Shown here: piece by piece, positions 24,686-32,000 of the stretch
Position numbering within the stretch: the first letter of the stretch is position 1
Layout of the letters: every line of letters begins with the position of its first letter
DNA from: Desulforadius tongensis
GTDB lineage: Bacteria; Bacillota; Desulfotomaculia; Desulfotomaculales; Desulfohalotomaculaceae
Direction: 5' to 3'
NCBI RefSeq assembly: GCF_016907915.1
Contig: NZ_JAFBCW010000003.1
Span: forward strand, 83,772 to 115,771
DNA: 32,000 bases
The notes under the pieces: model-generated
What the model saw: the letters and a program-made list of their open reading frames with translations, nothing else
Told to the model about the DNA's origin: nothing
The model's database searches: none
Made by a program: the position numbers and the translations under genes

Positions 24686-26326
24686 ATGAAGAACTTTTTT
24701 AATAATGAAAAGGGAATAGTTCTGCCCATTGTGGTGGTGATAATTGCCATTGTTACCGTGCTGGGCTTTTCGGCGGTATTTGTGGTAAACAGTGAAACAA
24801 ATATGATTAAACGCAGTGCCGGTGCCCGGGATGCCATTTACTATGCCGAAGCGGGAGTGCATAAATATCTATGGCATTTGAATAAAGATTCTACCTTTTA
24901 TCAAACAGGTACCGGAACGGGGCTGGTGCCGGTGGAATTTTATCCCAACGGATACCCCAGGAAATACCAGCCCACTGCATATGAAGATGGCTTTTATCAA
25001 TTAATTATTGAACCACCTCAATATATTGAGGATTCTGCCGAAACAGAACCCTTTTTAACCATTATTTCCACCGGCTGGACAAAGAGCAGCCCGGCCGACA
25101 GGCGCACCATTAAAGTTAAGGTGCAAAAGCGTAAGTTTACCCAGTACGGCATGGTTACCAATAATGAAATAAATGAATATGGCGAGCGCTTGTATTGGGT
25201 TAGCGGAGAGAAATTTTACGGTCCGCTGCACAGCAATGACATTCTTTATATTTCAGGCCGCCCTACCTTTTACGGCCCGGTTACCTATACCGGGGGAATA
25301 GATGGTGCGGATAAAGACAATAAAAATATTTTTAAGCAGGGAGCCGCGCAGGCCGACCCCTTAACCTTTCCGCCCGGCAACAGTGATTTAAAGGCCTGGG
25401 CCACAAGCCCCGGCGGTCATTATTATAACGGCCGCACCTGTATTATGTTAAGGGGGGATAAATATGATGTTCGCACCTATGATAGAGATTCCGGTCAATG
25501 GAAGTATAACGGCGTACCGTACCGGTATAAAGCGGGTAAATATATAAACGAACTGACTAATGAAAGTTATAATAATTTTTCCGATTTTGCTGCCGCCTGT
25601 CCTTCTTTAGATCTGCCGGAAAATGGAGTTATTTATGTTGATGGTGAAACATACGATCAGCGGCACGCGGATAATCATCCATTTACTTATTGCTGGCGGC
25701 CGGAGTACGGCAATGTTTTTATTTCCGGAAAATTACAGGGGCAGCTGACCGTTGTGGCGGCAAATGATTTATTTATCACCGGGTACAACCCCACTGACTG
25801 GCGGAACCCGAGATACAGCAGCCTTGAGCGTACAGAAGGGGTTACCTATGAAAAAACAAGTTTTACCCAGGTTATGGATGATTCCGGTTGGTTGCGCACA
25901 AGGGTTCATGTGGACGCCGGCTATAACGGTGTAGATATGCTGGGATTGGTGGCGGGCTTTAAGATACGGATACTGCATTATAACTGGCCTGCTCAAAAAG
26001 ATCCCTTTTATTGGGGATCCCGCTGGATACCAATTGACGTGGCCCCCTATAACATTACCATTCATGCCGCTTTGTATGTTCCCCATTCTTCCTATGGTTT
26101 TCAATATGCTGAAATGGGTAAAAGAAAGGGAACGATTACTCTGGTGGGGTCAATTACCCAAAAATACCGGGGTTTTGTGGGCAGCACGGGGTTAATAGGT
26201 GGTACGGGATATAAAAAAGTTTATTCACACGACCCCCGGATGAAATTTGACAGTCCTCCCCATTTTACCGACCCGGCCAATTCCGGCTGGAGGAGTATTT
26301 CTTGGCAGGAAGTTGCCCCGCCGTAG
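24686..26326 (+). CDS. Large PilX-N-domain protein (pilus-associated, 546 aa)
   Basis: The N-terminus NNEKGIVLPIVVVIIAIVTVLGFSAVFVVNSETNMIKRSAGARDAIYYAEAGV matches the PilX N-terminal pattern (a hydrophobic helix without Glu5, then AxxxAEAG). I do not recognise the rest, which is rich in Gly, Tyr and Asn. Confidence 0.55.
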   Translation: MKNFFNNEKGIVLPIVVVIIAIVTVLGFSAVFVVNSETNMIKRSAGARDAIYYAEAGVHKYLWHLNKDSTFYQTGTGTGLVPVEFYPNGYPRKYQPTAYEDGFYQLIIEPPQYIEDSAETEPFLTIISTGWTKSSPADRRTIKVKVQKRKFTQYGMVTNNEINEYGERLYWVSGEKFYGPLHSNDILYISGRPTFYGPVTYTGGIDGADKDNKNIFKQGAAQADPLTFPPGNSDLKAWATSPGGHYYNGRTCIMLRGDKYDVRTYDRDSGQWKYNGVPYRYKAGKYINELTNESYNNFSDFAAACPSLDLPENGVIYVDGETYDQRHADNHPFTYCWRPEYGNVFISGKLQGQLTVVAANDLFITGYNPTDWRNPRYSSLERTEGVTYEKTSFTQVMDDSGWLRTRVHVDAGYNGVDMLGLVAGFKIRILHYNWPAQKDPFYWGSRWIPIDVAPYNITIHAALYVPHSSYGFQYAEMGKRKGTITLVGSITQKYRGFVGSTGLIGGTGYKKVYSHDPRMKFDSPPHFTDPANSGWRSISWQEVAPP

Positions 26327-26366
26327 ATAAAGGAGTGCGTTAAAGCTGTACTCCTTTATTTATTTA
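26327..26366 (+). terminator. Terminator at the end of the pilus locus
   Basis: ATAAAGGAGT (26327-26336) pairs with ACTCCTTTAT (26350-26359), followed by TTATTTA. Confidence 0.55.
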
Positions 26367-26450
26367 CCGTAATATTTTTCAGGGAAGTTTCCGGCATAAA
26401 AAATCCCTGTTTTAATAACATGGTATAAAAGGTTAGTGGGAGGGGATTGG

Positions 26451-26774
26451 ATGACCTTTGAACAAAAAATGGTCATCATTTTTTTTACCGCCCTGGGGGT
26501 TGTATTGGGAGCGTCAATAATAGGCTCTGCCTCCGCCGTTTTTGTACGCCAGCCGCCTGCCACCACCATGGTTAGACTGGCCGGTGAAATAAAAATTTGG
26601 GCCATTGTGGCAGCCATAGGCGGCACCTTCACTGCCATTGAAGTGCTGGAATCCGGAATTTTTGCAGGCGAAATCCGGGCCGTTTTAAAACAATTTTTGT
26701 ATGTAATCAGCGGTTTTGCCGGAGCACAGGTGGGTTACTTTTTAATACTGTACTTGGCGGGGGGCAAAAATTGA
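26451..26774 (+). CDS. ytrH: Sporulation membrane protein YtrH-like
   Basis: About 107 aa. The core LAGEIKIWAIVAAIGGTFTAIEVLESGI...GAQVGY matches my recollection of B. subtilis YtrH. ATG at 26451 with GGGAGGGG upstream. Confidence 0.65.
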   Translation: MTFEQKMVIIFFTALGVVLGASIIGSASAVFVRQPPATTMVRLAGEIKIWAIVAAIGGTFTAIEVLESGIFAGEIRAVLKQFLYVISGFAGAQVGYFLILYLAGGKN

Positions 26775-27262
26775 ACCGGTTGATGATAAGATTATTAGCT
26801 GCGGTGTTAATGGGTATAATTTTAGGCAGTTCCGGTATGAACCTGTATATCAGCAGGCAGTTTGAAGAATTGACCGCTAAAAATCGCACTTTGGAAGAAG
26901 AACTAAAGACTGCCCGCAATGATGTGGAAGAGTTGAGAAAACGGCTGGAAAAACAAGAACAAAGAAAAGAAATTACCGATATAAAACCAAATGTGCGGCT
27001 GGAAGCAGAAGAAAAGGATAATTTACCCAGTTTTGAGGCTATCAGCGTTAAATTAAATGGGCAAAAAAAAATAAAGCAGTTATTACTGCCGCTAAAGGGG
27101 CAGGAAATTAAAAATGTAGATTATAGTTTAATACCCCGGGTAATAGATGGCAGGGAATTTGAAAGTGAAGGTAGAAGATATGTTTTAAAAGTTGATATAA
27201 TAATAATAACCAATGAACTGCATGTTTATGCCACCGCCAAATTGTTAAAGCAAAATAAATAA
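26771..27262 (+). CDS. ytrI: Sporulation membrane protein YtrI-like
   Basis: N-terminal TM helix, a coiled coil, then the C-terminal segment ISVKLNGQ...YVLKVDIIIIT. It overlaps ytrH by 4 nt, matching the ytrHI operon arrangement in Bacillus. Confidence 0.45.
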   Translation: MNRLMIRLLAAVLMGIILGSSGMNLYISRQFEELTAKNRTLEEELKTARNDVEELRKRLEKQEQRKEITDIKPNVRLEAEEKDNLPSFEAISVKLNGQKKIKQLLLPLKGQEIKNVDYSLIPRVIDGREFESEGRRYVLKVDIIIITNELHVYATAKLLKQNK

Positions 27263-27327
27263 CTTAAACATAACTGCCAGCACTTTGGACAAAATATATT
27301 TATAATTTGTAAATCATATTTAAAGGA

Positions 27328-27561
27328 GTGTTGGCGGTGGAAGAGTATATTCGTTCTCGAGTTCCCTGGACCACAGAACCAAGTTTGGTTACCAAAACCG
27401 AAGAAGTAGGGGTAGATTTTGACCGGTTTATTGACGGGCTGAAAAATGACCGCACGGACGCAGAAATAGCCCAAGAATTTGGAGTGAGTGAAAAAACAAT
27501 TGCCCATCTCAGAAATCATTTTATGAGATACGGTATAGGTTCCACCATGGGACAGGACTAA
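27328..27561 (+). CDS. Small helix-turn-helix protein (sigma-70 region-4-like HTH)
   Basis: The C-terminal segment DAEIAQEFGVSEKTIAHLRNHF is a typical HTH. The likely start is the GTG at 27337 (AAAGGAG 9 nt upstream). Confidence 0.45.
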   Translation: MLAVEEYIRSRVPWTTEPSLVTKTEEVGVDFDRFIDGLKNDRTDAEIAQEFGVSEKTIAHLRNHFMRYGIGSTMGQD

Positions 27562-27601
27562 TACAGGGGGCCGCCCGGCCCTCTTTCCATTAATAGGGGG
27601 A

Positions 27602-28003
27602 TTGCCGATGTTAGCCAAATTATTGTTTTTGTTTATATTTATTCCCTTTGTGGAATTAATGATTTTAATTCGTGTTGGAGATTATATAGGATTTTGGCCC
27701 ACATTGGCCCTGTTAGTAGTGATGGGCTTACTGGGATTTGCCATGGTGCGCTCCCAGGGATTTTATGTGGTGCAGCGTATCAAACAGGATCTGGCCCACG
27801 GAATACCCCCGGCCCAATCCCTTATGGACGGGCTTTATGTATTTGCCGGAGGCCTGCTGTTAATTACCCCCGGATTAATAACTGATATGGTGGGGCTGCT
27901 GCTGCTGTTTCCGCCATCCCGCCTGGCAATAAGTAAAATTATTACTCCCTGGCTGGTGAATAAATTGCTGTATTCCAGGCACTGGCATATACATCGCTGG
28001 TAG
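27602..28003 (+). CDS. fxsA: FxsA-family cytoplasmic membrane protein
   Basis: The pattern PFVELMILIRVGDYIGFWPTLALLV...RSQG...ITPGLITDMVGLLLLFPPSR matches the FxsA family. The start may be the ATG at 27608. Confidence 0.8.
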   Translation: MPMLAKLLFLFIFIPFVELMILIRVGDYIGFWPTLALLVVMGLLGFAMVRSQGFYVVQRIKQDLAHGIPPAQSLMDGLYVFAGGLLLITPGLITDMVGLLLLFPPSRLAISKIITPWLVNKLLYSRHWHIHRW

Positions 28004-28035
28004 CATGTTTACATAAATTTAACCATTTATTAACT

Positions 28036-28063
28036 TTTACATGTATAACATTTGTGTTATAAT
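28036..28063 (+). promoter_or_regulatory. Candidate sigma-A promoter with extended -10 for guaB
   Basis: TTTACA (28036-28041), a 16-nt spacer ending in TGt, then TATAAT (28058-28063). It lies 40 nt upstream of the guaB start. Confidence 0.5.
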
Positions 28064-28069
28064 ACGTAA

Positions 28070-29557
<1,488 letters not shown>

Positions 29558-29579
29558 CAGCTGGAGGAAAGGAAAACGG

Positions 29580-29629
29580 AAACAGCCTTGAGATATTCCC
29601 ATTTAGTATCTCAAGGCTGTTTGTTTTTT
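29580..29629. terminator. Bidirectional terminator between convergent guaB and acuA
   Basis: A 16-bp perfect stem, AAACAGCCTTGAGATA (29580-29595) pairing with TATCTCAAGGCTGTTT (29607-29622). It is flanked by an A-rich 5' side and GTTTTTT on the 3' side. Confidence 0.8.
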
Positions 29630-30302
29630 ATAAATATTTGCTTTTAAAGGTAAGCTCTTCAAAACGCTGAATGGCTTCTTTGGGAACGTTTTTACCGTGC
29701 CTGACCATTAACACATTGGCCGGGTGTTCCAAAATATCCGGGTCATCGGTGGCACGTTTTTTAAACCCCACACTGCCAAAGAGCTTGGTTAACATTTTTT
29801 GATAATCCCACATGGTCAGCTCACTGCCCCGCAGGTCCCAGTGCCAGCAGTATTCTATTGTAATAATTATAAAATCCTCTATAAAGCTGTGGCTAAAGGC
29901 TTCCTGCATCAGGTGGTAAGCCACCCGGTATTTGCGCCACTGTTTTGTAACTTCAATGGCACCTAATTCTAAAACCCAGGGGTGTTTGTGCCAACGGCTG
30001 TATTCGTCTGGGTGATGGAAGGTTATGTAACCGATGATTTCTTTTTCATGGCGGGCAATAAATACCCTGCCGTTGGGCAAGTTGGTAATGGTAATTAAAG
30101 CTTCCTGCTGATTTTTAGCTGGACGAAAATTGTTTAACCCTTCATGCATTGATAACCGGGATATGTATTCTCCTGTTACCGGCCCTTCCAGGTGTATTAC
30201 ATCTTCTTCGGGAGTAAATATTAAGCCTTTAGCAATATGGATTTTTTTTTGATCAATGTTTTTTTCGTTGGGATCATAAAAAGCCATATTCAAACCCATC
30301 AC
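29628..30302 (-). CDS. acuA: Acetoin utilization protein AcuA-like GNAT acetyltransferase
   Basis: Strong similarity by eye to B. subtilis AcuA along its whole length: LEGPV...FRP...QEAL, GYITF, ELGAIEV, EYCWHWDL, DDPDILEHPANVLMVRHGKNV, FEEL. The exact start is uncertain. Confidence 0.8.
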   Translation of the reverse strand: MMGLNMAFYDPNEKNIDQKKIHIAKGLIFTPEEDVIHLEGPVTGEYISRLSMHEGLNNFRPAKNQQEALITITNLPNGRVFIARHEKEIIGYITFHHPDEYSRWHKHPWVLELGAIEVTKQWRKYRVAYHLMQEAFSHSFIEDFIIITIEYCWHWDLRGSELTMWDYQKMLTKLFGSVGFKKRATDDPDILEHPANVLMVRHGKNVPKEAIQRFEELTFKSKYL

Positions 30303-30614
30303 CTTTTCAAGAGTTCACTTTAACTTCACTGTTTAAAAACACCCGGTACTCATTCTGGAGTTCTTCTTACATTATATTCTAATTGTTAGTTCAATTACAA
30401 CACTGTTGCTAATTTTTAGCTAAATTTCAATAACTAACATTTACTGCGGCATGTTATTCCATGGTTGGGGGATATGTAAAATTGTGTTGTAAAAAACTGG
30501 AAAAAAAATAATTTGACTACGCAGGGATATTTCCTTTTATAGTGAATATAAATAATAGGTTAAAATTGTAAGTATATCCAGAATGACACTATTAAGGAAG
30601 GTGATGGTTGAAAG

Positions 30615-32000
30615 GTGAGCGGTAAGCTTAGTTCTTTAACAGATGTGTTGAAGAAAACCTTATTCTTTTTTGATGGGTTATCCATACCGGAGATAGCGCC
30701 TTATGTGCATCAAAAAATGCTGCGGGATTACACGCTGGCTCAAGTGGAGGAAAAGGTTCAGCTGTGCTTGAATCAAAATCCCTGTTTCTATACAGACAGT
30801 TATGGTTTGTGGTATCTTAACACAGATGGAAATAAAGAAAATGCAAACTTCTATAAAACGCTGCAAAAAAAGAAAGAACCCATGAGTATTCGCCAGGTGA
30901 GTAAAAATTCCAGAACCAAAAAAGCTAAGATAACTAAAAAGCTGGCTGAAGAAGCGGCTTTGGTTGTTGATGGCCGTTTTGTGCAGTTGGAAAATGGCCA
31001 TTGGGGGTTGACAGAGTGGGATCTTGAAGCGGGGCAGTATTCTCTTAAGCATTTAGTAATTAAAGCCCTAAAAATGCACCCTAATGGCCTTTCGGTACAG
31101 CAGGTGCTGGAAGTGGTTCAGCAGTGGAAGGATACTTCTGCAGGTGCCGTTAAACAAATACTGCATAAATTTCCTTACTTTGAAGAAATAGAAGAGGACT
31201 TATATACTTATAATCAAAGCCTGCAGATACTGCATGATAAAATGGTTAAACGTTATTTGGACATTTTGCGCCGGCAGAAGCAGAAATGGTATTACGACCG
31301 GGAACGCTGGAATATAAAAATTAACAACTTAAAAAAACAACTGGAGGAGGTATCTGCTGCTCAGAAAGAGGCCGCTGCAGCAATGGCGGAACGGATTTCA
31401 ATTGTTGATCAGTACCATCACTTGGCGACACAATTATCAGAAAAAGATTTGCTTCTATCCATGCGCAAAAAGGAAATATTAAGGTATCGGGAGCAGCTGG
31501 CCAAACTGGAGCGAAAGGCCAATAGTATACTGCATCAATGCCGCTTATGGGTGCGGCGCACCGAGGAAAGAGACAGGGAACTTAAAAAATTAAAGGAATA
31601 TAACCAAAAGAATCAAGTCAGTTTGGAAACAATGTTTTCTAAGCTGCAGCAGTATAAGGAGCGGGATCGGGTAAATAAAGCCAAAATAGCGGAGTTAAAG
31701 GAGCATTACACCACCCGGATCGCAGAATTGCAAACGGAAATTGTGGAGTTAAAACAAAAGTTAGAGCGTACCCGTGAGAAAAGCGAGCAGGAAGAAAGGC
31801 ATTTGTACCAAGACCTGAATAACATGTCTAATGACTTGAAGGAGGCATTGGAAACCAGTGAAGAACTGCAAAAATCCATCCGGCTGCTGCAGCAGGAACT
31901 GGATCAGGCCCAGGAGGAAAAACGGCGGCTGGAGATGAAGCTGCGCCCCCTGCCGGTGCGAGTTGTGCTGAGGGTGTGCAGTTTATTTGGAATATGTTAA
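30615..32000 (+). CDS. HARE-HTH (RpoE-delta N-terminal-like) domain protein with a long C-terminal coiled coil
   Basis: The segment VVDGRFVQLENGHWGLTEWDL closely matches the DGRFxxLxxxxWGLxxW signature of the RNAP delta/HARE-HTH domain. Weaker copies flank it (SYGLWYLN). Residues from about 210 to 445 are heptad-rich (Lys/Glu/Gln/Leu). The stop TAA occupies the last three bases of the window. GTG start with a weak RBS. Confidence 0.55.
   Translation: MSGKLSSLTDVLKKTLFFFDGLSIPEIAPYVHQKMLRDYTLAQVEEKVQLCLNQNPCFYTDSYGLWYLNTDGNKENANFYKTLQKKKEPMSIRQVSKNSRTKKAKITKKLAEEAALVVDGRFVQLENGHWGLTEWDLEAGQYSLKHLVIKALKMHPNGLSVQQVLEVVQQWKDTSAGAVKQILHKFPYFEEIEEDLYTYNQSLQILHDKMVKRYLDILRRQKQKWYYDRERWNIKINNLKKQLEEVSAAQKEAAAAMAERISIVDQYHHLATQLSEKDLLLSMRKKEILRYREQLAKLERKANSILHQCRLWVRRTEERDRELKKLKEYNQKNQVSLETMFSKLQQYKERDRVNKAKIAELKEHYTTRIAELQTEIVELKQKLERTREKSEQEERHLYQDLNNMSNDLKEALETSEELQKSIRLLQQELDQAQEEKRRLEMKLRPLPVRVVLRVCSLFGIC

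Overview
This looks like a chromosomal segment from a spore-forming Firmicute of class Clostridia. The proteins resemble those of Peptococcaceae or Desulfotomaculum, but that placement is inference only. I saw no rRNA, tRNA, CRISPR array, transposase or integrase.

Left third (1-13.5 kb): mostly housekeeping. It holds the 3' end of a class B penicillin-binding protein, a regulator made of three tandem XRE HTH domains, an FmdB-type zinc ribbon and thioredoxin. Next come a six-PepSY/three-SLH wall protein, a DUF3243-like protein, and a coiled-coil membrane protein translationally coupled to a phosphodiester glycosidase. On the minus strand are a truncated pro-sigma-K-like ORF and an Fe-alcohol dehydrogenase. 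A compact mobA-yqeG-aroE-aroC-aroK-aroB block follows.

Centre (about 13.55-26.37 kb): the most interesting part. A sigma-A-like promoter and a c-di-GMP-I (GEMM-I) riboswitch with an intrinsic terminator precede one co-oriented 12-gene type IV pilus locus. Gene order is pilB, pilT, pilC, pilM, pilN, pilO, a PilP-like ORF, a secretin-N-domain-only ORF, pilA and three large minor pilin/PilX-like ORFs. The PilP-like protein, and the PilQ-like protein that has N0/N1 ring domains but no beta-barrel core, are unexpected in a Gram-positive-type spore former. No prepilin peptidase lies in the window.

Right part: ytrH-ytrI-like sporulation membrane genes, a small HTH protein, fxsA, guaB, acuA on the minus strand, and a HARE-HTH/coiled-coil protein that ends at the window edge.

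All family assignments come from motif and sequence recall by eye. No searches were run.
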